From Octopus bimaculoides (taxonomy: Eukaryota), in assembly GCF_001194135.2 (NCBI RefSeq), contig NC_068987.1, positions 34,190,867 through 34,254,858 on the forward strand: a stretch of 63,992 bases of DNA. Direction: 5' to 3'. The position numbers and the translations under genes were made by a program. Every line of letters begins with the position of its first letter. The stretch's first letter is position 1. The notes below the pieces were generated by a model. The model had not been told where the DNA came from. It saw only the letters and a list, made by a program, of their open reading frames with translations, and ran no database searches. Of the stretch, positions 12,215 to 24,487 are shown piece by piece.

Positions 12215-12632
12215 TAAGACATCGTATTTATCAACAAAATCACAAATCAGCTACAGAACAGGCTGAGAGATCAACAATGCTGGATCAAAGATTTAGCATG
12301 CCCAGCTAACAACAGGGTTTGCAATAAGAAAGGAAGAAAAGTCGATAGATATGGCAGGTTAAAAATCTTGAGAAGCACATGGAAAAAAATGGGGCTGCAA
12401 TAAGGTGGTAGTAGTACCAATAATTGTCGGAGCCTCGGGAACAGTGAGTAAAAATCTTGAGAAGTTCATGGAACAAATAGCGGCTACAATAAGGGTGGAG
12501 CATTTACAAAAAACAGCACTGCTTGGAACCGTTCTTTTAATCCAGATGGTGCTCGAAAAATAAGAGGTACCTTAGTTCACTGGTAGTGAACATCTGGCAC
12601 CGTAGTACGTCACCAGTGTTAGAAGCTGTGCA
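12215..12632 (+). mobile_element. R4/Dong-like RLE endonuclease and 3' UTR fragment (family 1)
   Basis: DIVFINK..CWIKDLACPANNRVCNK.EEKVDRY..VVVPIIVGASGTVSKNLEKFMEQI..IRVEHLQKTALLGT. The 3' UTR ttcactggtagtgaaca...agaagctgtg matches 185-250 on the minus strand. Confidence 0.85.
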
Positions 12633-13042
12633 AGGACAATCCTTTTCATTGCAAAAAGTCCTACTGTATTCTCCAACTGGACAGACGAATGAACATGCAA
12701 AGAAAACATTAACAGTTTTAATATATCACTTAAATGCGCAAACACACCTTCTATTGCAACAACACAAATGAATTAAGAAATTCAAACATTCAACGACGTG
12801 AATATCATTATATATGTGTGTGTGTATGCGGNNNNNNNNNNNNNNNNNNNNNNNNNNNNNNNNNNNNNNNNNNNNNNNNNNNNNNNNNNNNNNNNNNNNN
12901 NNNNNNNNNNNNNNNNNNNNNNNNNNNNNNNNNNNNNNNNNNNNNNNNNNNNNNNNNNNNNNNNNNNNNNNNNNNNNNNNNNNNNNNNNNNNNNNNNNNN
13001 NNNNNNNNNNNNATAATAATAATAATAATAACAATAACAATG

Positions 13043-13136
<94 letters not shown>

Positions 13137-13137
<1 letters not shown>

Positions 13138-14020
13138 TTTAGCTAACGGCATCTGGCTTAAAATCTGAAACAGAAAGGTTTATCATAGCAGCTCAATACC
13201 AATGCCTACGTACATGGAACTACCAGGCCAACATATTACGACTTGCACGACAGCTTCCCAACATGCCGTGTATGGCAACTACACAATGAGATTTTTGATC
13301 ATGTTGTCTCCATGTGCAGTCTACAGAGTATCTGAACAGTCATGATAGAGCTGCACAATATATTCATTGGGTAATTTTCAAAAACCTGGACTTGCCCCAT
13401 GATAAAAACTGGTTGGAACATAAACCACCTCCAGTGCTTGTACATGATCACATTGCACTTTTCTGGAACTTAACCATTCAAACTGACAGAAATATAGATG
13501 CAAATAGGCCAGACATCGTATTGAAAGACATCAGACAAAAAGCATGCCTCCTCATTGATATGACTGTCCCAATCGATATTACCGTATTTGTCAAGACCTA
13601 CAAAAAACTGAGCAAGTATAAAGATCTTGAAATAGAAATTAACAAGATGTGGAACCTGAAGACTAAAACGACACCTGTTCTCATAGGTGCCCTAGGAATG
13701 ATAGCAAAAGGGGCTGATTGCTACCTAGCTCAGATACCAGGAAACCTCAAAATGGCAGAAATTCAAACGATAGTGCTCATCGGAACTGCTCATATCTTAC
13801 GCAAAAAACTTTTGTATGTAATCTCAAATTTTAAAACAAACATAATTTTCTTATGGTTTCTTAAACATTCTTTAGAAGAACACTATGTACAGAACCAAAT
13901 ATATGGCACACTAGGCATAACACCAACATGAACTTCTAACTTGTTGTCTCTTGAGGTCTCTGAGTGAGACTTGGAGCCAACTTGTACAAATGTAAAGCAA
14001 GTCAAATATAAAATAATAAT
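13137..14020 (+). mobile_element. 5'-truncated R4/Dong-like RLE LINE (family 2): CCHC knuckle, PD-(D/E)xK endonuclease, 3' UTR
   Basis: GLKSETE.FIIAAQ, CRV...DHVVS.C, then ORF 13314-13931 HDRAAQYIHW...NRPDIVLKD..CLLIDMTVP..KLSKYKDLEIEINKMW..VLIGALG..IGTAHILRK. Preceded by (AAT)n 13013-13136 and followed by an AAT tail. Confidence 0.9.
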
Positions 14021-14055
14021 GACAATAAATAATAATAATGTTAATGATGATAATA

Positions 14056-14497
14056 ATAGAGGACTTATTGGATGCGAATACAACATTAGAACAGAAGAAA
14101 ACAACATAGCATGGTATGTAGAAAAATGCCACAGAACCACTATTATTAAGAGTAAGAAGCTCAGGCTTGTGAAAGATGAATTATTGCAAACATCAAGCAC
14201 TGTACAAGCTATTAAAAAGGAAAAAAAAACGAGTGAAACTAAAAATAGGTGGGTAAAGATAAGAATGCATGGACAATTTCATAGTGATGTTGAAGTTAAG
14301 ACAGTTAGAGAAAAAAAGATGGCTGTGGATGATTAAAAGTGATTTAAAAGCCGAAACGGAGGCTCTAATCTGTGCAGCCCAAGAACAAGCACAAATTACG
14401 TAATATACAGAACAGACAACACAGGAGAAAGTGATAAGTGCAGAATGTTTGGACAAAATGGTGAAACTGTATGGCATATTACCACTCAATGTACGCC
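14056..14497 (+). mobile_element. R4/Dong-like LINE internal fragment (post-RT to zinc knuckle, family 1-like)
   Basis: RGLIGCEYNIRTEENNIAWYV..NRWVKIRMHGQF..WLWMIKSDLKAETEALICAAQEQ..DKCRM.GQNGETVWHIT. Bounded by (AAT)n on both sides. Confidence 0.8.
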
Positions 14498-16214
14498 TAA
14501 TAATAATAATAATAACAACAATAATTATAATAATACCAGGCAGTGGCTCTCATGGCTTCTGATCTTAACTCGTTGGAAGTGATATCGTGTACATTGTTTT
14601 GTCACTGCATAAAATATGGCTTCGGGAACTATTCAGCTCAATGCAATCCATTGCAATCCAAAACATTTAATATTAAGATCATTGCAAGAGGTGCATACTA
14701 AACCTCATTATCTGTAGTTTGGTGTTTGGTCAGAAACCAAATATTATATAACTGTGTAATTTTAAAATTAGATATCTCTTTCTAACCATTGAAGTTGTCT
14801 TGATTTCGATGTTTTCTACTCTGATTCTAAGTTTTGTTGCAGTGTGTTTCGTGTGCGGAACCTTTTAGCATTTGCGGCTTTCAAATTATTGCTGCGTCGC
14901 CATGTCGTAAAATGTTCAAATTTGAATAATTCTTGGTAGTAAAAGTGAAAGTGAGATAGCGTGTAGTCGGTGCGTTAGCGACGGTGTGATCTAGCAAGCA
15001 AAAGTCATTTGTAATTTTTTCACCTTCAATGATTTCTGTTGATGTATGATTCATAATTAGTACCTTTGGTACTTTATATTTTAGATTAGTGTACTGAGTG
15101 CACCTCTAAACTGTTAAACGAAGCACTTTTGTCTTTAACCAAATGTAAAAGTTTGACAAAGTTTCTGTTCATAGTGGTAAAGTACGTTTAATGCGAAGCT
15201 ACACATTGGTGAAGTTAGAACCAGGAGGGTTACAGAAGAGTGAAGTGAATTATAATCAACATACGAATTTGTAATACAGATGATGATAACAATGAGCTTA
15301 GTGATAAATAAGTACTGAAATATAAGTTGCCTTGAAAGCGTAGGCGTAACTTAGTGACTTATTGTAGTGAGCCCTTTAGTGGGTGGTGTTAAGTTTTGCA
15401 CCAGTGCATATTGTGCAGGCGCCTTCTGCTTAGAATGTTAAGATATAAGACTCGAAACAGTGAAGGGAGCTGGTCATTAGCTTTCTTGGTGCAAATTGAA
15501 TCAGGCCATGTTTGTTTTGGTTACATTTGTAATATGGTTTTTGTATACTTAGTAATGATGCGTGGGAGGCTCTTTTATTAAAGTCTTAGTATTTGTTTTC
15601 GAATGTTTAAATCGTAATATTTTAGTGTCTGTCATTCAGCCGTTTTCGATTTGATTTCTTTTAATTAGATACACGTAAGTGGAATTTTGCAGCTTGAATA
15701 CACAGTACTAGACATCGACTCACATGCATCGATTTGTTGCAGCTGTATAGACTGACAAATTATACCTGCCTTTGGTACGCAAAATCAAAGTGTAGAACTC
15801 AATTGTTACTATTTAAATTAGTTTGAGAATTGGCACATAGTAACACGAGGGATTACTTGAGGATTACATCGAGCTAAAATATCCGATTTATCAATCTCAC
15901 CCATTTCAAAGCATAATGCGTTTCTCATTGAAATATTTTAAAGTAATCAACATATTGATACGCTTGTAAATCCCTTTATTGTTAATTAACGTGATTATTG
16001 TAATCGTTTCTCATATTCAGTAGAATATTAAATGATATAATTCTTCTTGATTAATCTGTTTGACTTTCGAAAATGTCACATACTAGTAGAACTACTTAAA
16101 CTGAACATTAAAAATCTGATCATATCCACAATAAATATTAGTAATATTACAACAGGACAGCGAGCAAGGGGAATTGCTACCACACAGGGAAAACATTAAG
16201 AGGAATTTTATGCG

Positions 16215-16556
16215 TTTTATGTTCTGAGTTAAAATTCTGCCGACGTCGACTCTAGTTTCACCAACTGGAGGGTCGATAACATGAGTATCAATGGAGCACT
16301 GGTGTCGATGTAATACATTTATCCCTCCTCCGTAGTACTATTGGTCAGTGAGCTAGAAGAATCGTTAGCATGCAGGAAAAAATACATAACTGCATTTCTT
16401 CCGACTTTACGTATTGAGTCCAAAAACCACCGAAGTTGACATTGTCTTTCATGCATCTCGGCCGATAATATAGCACCAGTTGGGCATTGGAGTCGATGTA
16501 ATCTACATATCCCGCCACTTCCTAAATCGCTAGCCTTGCACCAACATTTGAAACTA
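16215..16556 (+). mobile_element. Two tandem degenerate family A SINE copies
   Basis: gttctgagttaaaattctgccgacgtcgac (16220-16250) and gaatcgttagcatg...gagtcgatgtaatc...gccttgcaccaacatttgaaac (16355-16556) align to 16941-17160. Confidence 0.6.
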
Positions 16557-16938
16557 ATATTACTATTACGATTATTGTAGTGAAGCAGTAATACCGATAT
16601 TATTGCTATGTTTTCACTTTTGCAATTTAGTTTTACATTATATCCCCACATTCTGAATTCAATACGAATCACAATCTATATAAACAACTTCCTTCTAGCA
16701 TAGAAGATAAAGTATTTAAATTATTGGAATCGAATTATCAACGCTTTTACATGTGTGGTTTGTCTAAACATAGTGGGATGCTACACTAACTCTTAACCTT
16801 CGAAAAGAAAAGTGTACATGCGAGGGAAACAGCTATGTATATAAGGGTCTTTCAATCAACTGCAAGTAGCAACTTACATTCCTATCATATCACAACCAGA
16901 GCTGGAAAGACATATTGGTTTAACAATATTCCAAGATA

Positions 16939-17159
16939 CTAAGGCGGCGAGTTAGCAGAAACGTTAGCACGCCGGGCGAAATGCTTAGCGGTATTTTGTC
17001 TGTCTTTACGCTCTGGGTTAAAATACCGCCGAGATCGACTTCGCCTTTCATCCTTTTGAGGTCGAAAAATTAAGTATCATTTGCGTAGTAGGAGCGATCT
17101 AATCGACTGGTCCCCTCCCCATAAATTTCGGGCATTGTGCCTAGAGTAGAAAAGAAAAG
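16939..17159 (+). mobile_element. Full-length family A SINE with a 14-bp target-site duplication
   Basis: Head aaggcggcgagttagcagaaacgttagc, core gactt.gcctttcatccttttgaggtcga, tail gccttgtgcctagagtagaaaag-like. Perfect TSD aatattccaagata at 16925-16938 and 17160-17173. Confidence 0.9.
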
Positions 17160-20129
17160 AATATTCCAAGATATTGTGGGTGTGTACACAAAGACCTGAG
17201 TGACATTTGGTAAAGTGACTTTGTTCAGAAGTACTCTGTATCAAGTTACATAAGAAGCTAAAAAACATCGACAAAATATATGCATGTATATGTGTACACA
17301 CACACATAAATACATAGACACATACATATGCATATATAGATACACACATACATTCACATATACCGATAGAGAGGACGGAAGAGAGAGTCAGAGAGAGCGC
17401 GAAGGAGAGAGAGGACACTCATAATTATATATATAAAAGGATGTTGCATACAATTATATAGCATATATAACATTTATGACGATAGAGTTATATCACTTTA
17501 TGCCGTTTTGCATTCTCCTCATACATGATTGATTGCTATATCATAGTGAACGCCACAATCCATGCATCACCTCGACGAAATCAGTGGCAGCATTCAGCTG
17601 GTGAAGCTAATCACCATTACGTTCTTAATTCAGAGTAGCTAATCCAACGTAGCTATGCATATCCACGAGTTTCATAGAGCGATATCATACACTAGTTAAA
17701 TTCAAAGGATGAGTTAAACTAGTATAACTTCACCAATAATATAACCCTTTGTGCCAGTGTTAAAGTATATAATAATTGACCATCTAATGACACCGATCTC
17801 TGTGGTTTTGTGCTATGCAATAGAATCAATATTTTTAGTTGAATAGCACCCGGACTGGTGGGAAGTGAAACCATTAATGAGCCAACCGAAACGTTGTAAT
17901 TGATTCTTCACTCGAATGTTGCTGAGATAATATCAGTTCTTCATCTCTACAGCCTCGATAAAATAGGGATAAATTTGTGGCGCTGCGTCAGTAATCATTA
18001 TATATAGGAATTTCCTTCAAATTAAACGTCAGGAAAATGTTCAATACTTGCACAGAAGAATATTAATCAGAATTATAGATATCTCAAAATGAGAGATATA
18101 GAAATAGAAAGAGGCAGAGAGTTTGTGAGAAAGCGAAAGAGAAAACAGGAGAAAGTGGGGGACAGAAAGTGAGAGTTTCAAAGAAGGAAAGAAAGAACAA
18201 GAGAAAGAAAGTGACGAGGTGGGATGGAAAGAAACTGACATGTAAAAGAAAAGAGATGCAGATACTGAAGGATTGGAGAGATCGAACTGAATTATAGAGA
18301 AATACTTGACACTTTTCCAAGTAGATTTGCTTTTAAACCCATAATTCTTGGACTACAAAAGAGAAGCAAGTTCAGAATCATTAATTCAAGAGAATCATTA
18401 CAAAGATGAATAGACGTCAGAATCAATCCCTTGTCATTGGAATAATGTCAGAACGGCATGGTATGGCTTCAGGCAAATTAAGTAAATTTAAGTGAAACAC
18501 AAAGAACGGAAAGGCAATCTAAAGAAATGAAATTATAACAATAATGCATTGAGACGAATCAATGCAAGCAATTGTTTCTTAGAATATTAAACAGTTAAAA
18601 GTGAAAATCGTAATGCAAGACATGTCAATAAAAACGGGTTTTATTTTTATATTTCATTTAATTTATCATTAAATTTTCGAACAGCGTTAAAAGAAATATC
18701 GAAAAAGTGCATGTATTGGTATCTGACCTAGGCACTAGACCTCAAATTCATGATGGATATATAAGTTATATATTCGATAGTAGATCGAAATCATTATATC
18801 ATGAATATTATATTTNNNNNNNNNNNNNNNNNNNNNNNNNNNNNNNNNNNNNNNNNNNNNNNNNNNNNNNNNNNNNNNNNNNNNNNNNNNNNNNNNNNNN
18901 NNNNNNNNNNNNNNNATTTATATTTTATTGTAGAAGCATCAATTTATGGGTAAAGTACTCTAGCAATTATTGACACTCATCGCATCTCACTCCAAAACGT
19001 TTTTATACATTATTTTGGAAACAGTTTTGCTGAATGCAACTGTTTATTTTGCAACCTCACCAAGTAAACCAAAGTCACGATTATTATCTAATGAAATGTA
19101 AATTCGAAACATTTACGACGATCAAATTCTCGTGCAATGCAGAAACTATTTTGCAGGAGAATGGATAGCAATTATAAAACGGCTTACCTTAGTAATTTAC
19201 ATAATCTATATAAGTGCCTATATCAATTTTAGATATTTGACGTATTAATTATATTTTTCAAAATAATATATAAACTAACAAAAATTTTAAAATATCCTTC
19301 ATTAATTCCGGATTCAATGCATACATTAAAAAGAAATACGAGCTAAGTTTATAATTTCATCTAAAATAAATCCACAATAAATAAATAAATAAATCATTAA
19401 CAACAATTCAAATTGAAATTCAAAAACTACAGCTTAGAACGATAGAAGTGTCACATGCTGAATGAAAATGCATTTTGGCAGATAATAGTTATTGAATTTT
19501 CAACAATGTTCTATGCGATACTTATACTTCAAGAAAGAAGTAAATTGCGAACATAAATTCATGCAAAGATCCCACAAGATTTAATAAATGAAGTCCTAAA
19601 TAAATAAATTTGAGTTATGCTTCCATTTAAAAGATTAGCTAAATGAAGTTATATAACAAAACTGATATTAATAAAATACAACATAGAATTTAGTTAATGT
19701 AAAATTTCTATTACAATAAAGATGATATTCTTTCACACACATTCAGATATTTGGAAATAAAGCTTTTGCAACCAAATTATAAATGAGAATTCATTTATAA
19801 ACGTAGGTGGCTATTTTATACTAGGATTATTTTCTATTGTGTTCAAAGTGTTCTTGTTTCTCGTTTGATAAAATCCAAACGAAATGAATTGTCAAAAAGC
19901 GCTTTACTTCATTACACTGGTTTATGTGCAGGTTAAACTAACTTGTAAAAGCATACATTAAAGTGAATATATATCTGTGTGTGTGTATGTGTGTGCATGT
20001 TGGTGTGCGTGTGTCTGTGTATGTGTAAGCAGTGTGATTCAAAGTTACCTCACTCAAAGGAAAAAAATACCCAGTATTTAGTAATCCATGCGGATTTCAG
20101 TGTAAATATTTCCCTAGAATCATAACACA

Positions 20130-20780
20130 TCAACATTTAAATTTGATACATCATGGAATAAAAGTAAGTATTATAATCTGTTACAAAGTCTTTTGGTTCT
20201 CTCAAGAAGCGTCTTTGGAAGAGCCATGACATTTGCCTGCACCATAAAAAAAGAATTGCGCATAGATCCGAACTGATCCCTTGCTTCCTCCACGTCGTGA
20301 AATTAAAGGCCTTCACCCCAGACACATCAAGGCACTGGTGTGTGCACAACATCGTCCTATGCTCTCCATCTTGCCTATCATATGTTGGCATCTGTGCGCT
20401 AGCGCACTTAACGTGGAAGTCCTCATTGAATGATCGCAATTGCGCTGAGCGGGATATGTTTGCAGGATGCAAGGTGACAGGCCCCCAAAGGGAGTATCCT
20501 ATGCTATAGGTCTGGGGGTGATGTGATGGTGAGTGGTTGTGATGGAGAGATATGCTGAAGAGACATATGAAGTAGTCAGGTATCTCCCCAGACAACTGCG
20601 ATGAGAAGCCCTGCGCGCAATGAATGTCTCTAAATGCTAAAGCTCGTAATTCCAATGATTGAGGAGAAGCATCAGAGAGAATGCAAAAGAGGCGTTACCT
20701 CTTCCCTAGCAGCAAATGTCATCGCTCCAGCAGATCAAGAGCATGCCTTGTACTTCAGACCTGCGGAACTACCAAAAATG
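20130..20780 (+). mobile_element. RTE-clade LINE 3' fragment
   Basis: FGSLKKRLWKSHDI...RMQGDRPPKGVSY... and a C-terminal CHRSSRSRACL motif. Colinear with 60020-60670. Confidence 0.7.
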
Positions 20781-21169
20781 ATTTCTGAGCAGAGCTACAA
20801 CCGACAACCGGGGACAAAATGTAAGTGCCAAAACGAAATATAAGTGATAGTTTATAAAATAATCATACACAGTCTTACGTTGGTTTCATTACCAAACAAT
20901 GAATTATTTTTTACAAGAGAAATTCCATGACAAAATTCAATGGCACCTTTTCAGAAACGTCTAACATTTATAAGTAACTAGAATAAAGATTAAATTATAG
21001 ACGATTTCAGTCTTTGTGGTATATATATTTGATGTTTGGTGGAGGAGGAATGACAAGTGAATAACTGTTTTGTGTTTGTGTATAAGTTGCATATAGTCAA
21101 TGCCAATGATTGCTGATGCCTAGGGATACACACATGCATACATTTAAATATGAAGAAAATAATCCAAGG

Positions 21170-21390
21170 TTCTTCCCGAGCTATGGGCTGTTATAGCTGA
21201 TTTCCCAAATTCAGTGACGTATATGCTCACTGCTGGATATGGCGCAGGCTTGTCGTAGGACTATTCATTTTTGCTAGATTAGTGGACCGCAGAAACGAGA
21301 AATGAAATCTTTTGCTGTAAACCGCAGTGCATCGCTCGGCCCAGGGATCGAAGCTACTATCTTACGACCATGAGTTCACCAAGCCACGCA
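21170..21390 (-). mobile_element. Degenerate tRNA-derived SINE (family D)
   Basis: Minus strand gcgtggcttggtg...ggtcgtaagatagtagcttcgatccctgg has A/B-box-like motifs. Confidence 0.45.
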
Positions 21391-21742
21391 ACATCACACT
21401 TTTAAATATAGTGTCCTTTATATGTGGTCCAATCGTCAATGCATGATTATATATACATATCTCCACATATTAAACCACACATAAACGCAGACACCCAGAC
21501 AAACGCAACCGCGAGCACGCACTCACACTCAGACACACATGTATACTTACAACTGCAATGAAATATTATTGGAGTTGCATTTATCGGAAATAGATAAAAG
21601 GTGTACAGGTTTAGTACTATCAAGGTATTTGAAATACAAATACATTTAGATGTATAACTCCTATATTCGTATTTCTGTCAGTCAGTGTGTGTGCGTGTGT
21701 ACGTATACACACACACACGCACACGCACACACACCCACACAT

Positions 21743-21828
<86 letters not shown>

Positions 21829-21929
21829 GTCTAAATTGTACATGTACGAAAATTCTTCCAGAATCGGACGGTATACATCCAATCAGTTCTGAATTCGGCA
21901 CTTAATGGTGCTAAGGCGATTATCCACTT

Positions 21930-22400
21930 CAAGGGTCTCCAGCTCTCCTCACGCAAATCTACATGCCATATTCCGCCCTTCCATTGAAAATCAGACTTCC
22001 GAATTCTTATTTCTGGGTAAAGACAATTGCGCCAGTCTTACCCTCAACACCTCCTCCCCCTTTGAAAAATGATACGGATGTCGGAAGACATCTACTAAGA
22101 AACTCTACTGCATGTCACCCAAATTCCATATGCTTTTACTGATGATGTAACACTTATCCTTACATTAACAGCACCACATTAACATCAATGGGATTAACTC
22201 ATTATAATATCACATTACTCAACGTTTACTGCGCATCGGTCCAAACTGATATGTTAATCATATGGGGAGTTTTCAGCACAGTTTACATGCGAAAAACAGG
22301 CCGATGCCTTGCCGATCGCTTTCGGGAGCATATTGGAATCATATTGTTACACTGCAACTATGTCAAGCCAACCTGTCACCTCCCGGTTCTATCACTTTCC
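21930..22400 (+). mobile_element. Penelope-like element GIY-YIG endonuclease remnant
   Basis: VYMRKTGRCLADRFREH resembles YIGETGR.L.DRFREH of Penelope GIY-YIG. Upstream CNTYPYINST resembles the CxxC.YI linker. Heavily degraded. Confidence 0.55.
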
Positions 22401-22749
22401 TACACTTTCTTGCTGAAGTTGATTCTCCCATGATCCTTCATTTCTTATCAATTGCAGCCACTCTCTTTTAATTAAAGGATGTAAAACTCTGTTGTCTTCC
22501 ATACAATTTCTTTCCGTCCATTTTTCTTTCAAGAAGGCGTTTGTTTCTCATTTCAAGAATGTAAATATTAGAAAATTGGCACAAAGAATTAGGTGGAGTG
22601 AATAGATAAGTTAACAAGAGTGTAAAAGGTGAGGGGCAGAGGAAAAGAGATTGTGATAGTGAGAAATCTATTGAGTTGTGAACATAGGTAGTCAATCGAG
22701 AATATCAGATTCAGGGGATAAGAGTGGGTCAAGTAGGGAAGAGGTTACA

Positions 22750-23095
22750 ACACAGGTGATGTAAAGTGTTTGGAAGTGCTTTCCCAGAGAAAGCTACACA
22801 TTTTCACGGGGAGTGAATATGATGGGTATAGAAATGGAAATAAACGGACGAACAAAGTGTATAGGCACCATCATATGGCGAAAGAAGAGATTTATAATGA
22901 GAAATTAGAGGTGAAAGGGGGTCTTCAATGAAAAACGATGTTGAAAAGGACGACATCAAGAATGCGTGAGACAAATAGAGTGATGCTAAGAATGGTGAGA
23001 TATAAAGGGGGTAATGCCTGCAGTTCTTCCCTCGAATACACATCAGCGGTGTGAATAAGTCCGTAGTCATTTGGGTGATGGAGAGGCGGATGTTA
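22750..23095 (-). mobile_element. Possible Penelope-like RT remnant
   Basis: Weak minus-strand motifs SREELQA and ILDV resemble the Penelope RT region after YxDD. No long open frame. Confidence 0.25.
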
Positions 23096-23149
23096 AGAAT
23101 ATGTGTTGTGGCTTAAAGATTGTGGCGTAAAGATGATAGAAGATATGCA

Positions 23150-23560
23150 ATGACACCTATATTATGGATGTTTTCAAGTACAGAAAAATATCCTTGTCCT
23201 TTGCCTTTCCTCTGTGATACTCAACATCGTGTAGTCAGTCTACACTATTTCGTCTTGTTCAATATATTCCTAAATCTCTCTCTTCCATAGATTTCTTCCA
23301 CATTTACCGATTGGCTCATATATGTGCAGTCTCCGCTCACAAACACATGATATGACAATGCCAATGTAATCTTCTCTCTTGCACACTACATCTGATACCT
23401 CTGAATCACATTTTTTCTTGCAACACATTTGCTATTTGTCCTATATGCACACTGAAGTTGCAGTACAGTGGAACATACTAGTTTCATGCATTCACGACCA
23501 ACGTTTCCCTACCATGTGGCATTCTCGTTTGTACAAATGCATTATATAGTCTGTAGGTTG
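23150..23560 (-). mobile_element. RTE-clade LINE 3' fragment
   Basis: Minus translation IRGIRCSVQERRLHWHCHI resembles I.C.VQERRLRWYGHV of RTE C-termini. Confidence 0.65.
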
Positions 23561-24139
23561 GTGACAAAAATCTGAATTGTTTCCAGCCGGTTCTTATTCT
23601 TGTCTCGATGATTTATGTATGTATTCTTCCACTGCTAAATAAGTCATATACATTTCAGGAACTGCCAACGACATTTAAGGATTTTCGTGAGCATTGGAGG
23701 GAATATATTTCCTCTGAGTTCTCAGTGTCCATTGTTCCTGCGCATCTTTCACATAGAAAATCTACTGTTTCTGCTAACCTTATTGTGATTACACTTCCCG
23801 TCTATATCCTTGCACTGGACACACCTTTAAAAATTTTTACCAACACATTTTTTATATATCCATTAGGGTCATTTTCCTGAATCTTTTAATGGTTTGTTTG
23901 TTTTCCTGCTTTTTGGTCCTGTTTATTTATTTATTTTTTTACTAAGTTAACGTATAGGTACTTTGATTCCAGGTTTTGCTTCAACACGCCAAATTTATTT
24001 TCTCATTCTACCAAAGATTCGGCTACAAGAACAATTTCACACGAAATATGAGCTCTCTCTCTCTCTCTCTCTCAAGGGTAAAAAGACTTAAACTGCTCTG
24101 CTGTGGCCAGGAGCGATACAATACAGATGTATCGCCAGT

Positions 24140-24487
24140 TGTTATGACGATACTTCTTTTACATTATAACCGTGTAGTAAAAATAAAACATATAACAAAG
24201 CAGGGTAACAACAACGTAATAATCCAACACACTCTCAACGAACTATACATAAACGAACAAACGATATTCCGACAAACTACCAAAACGACACCCTATGACT
24301 TCCTGCGATTAACGCCTACTCTCTCTATCTCACTCAGACCGCTACTATTTATAGTTGTTCAGTCAGTCTATTCTCACAGGAGGTGTCGTGACTAGTGGCC
24401 CAACTTATCCCCTTTTAAGATTACGACTGTTGGTAGGAAGCTAAATTTATTTTGTATTATATTTATTTATTTCTTTTCTTTCCAACA
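24140..24487 (-). mobile_element. LTR (348 bp) of the Gypsy element
   Basis: Minus strand starts TGTT right after polypurine tract aaagacggggagg (24488-24500), ends AACA at 24140, and contains ctataaatag (TATA-like, 24345-24354). Confidence 0.7.

Noticed and set aside
14640-15620. TE-free, UTR-like unique sequence
   Set aside because: No ORF, structure or repeat match that I can support from the sequence alone.
16319-16672. 117-aa minus-strand ORF
   Set aside because: It is the antisense reading of a degenerate family A SINE.
20137-20655. 172-aa minus-strand ORF
   Set aside because: Antisense to the RTE fragment on the plus strand, with no independent motif.
22135-22175. CTGATGA followed by the hairpin tgtaa/ttaca
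   Set aside because: No GAAA or stem III, and it lies inside the Penelope-like coding remnant. Likely chance.
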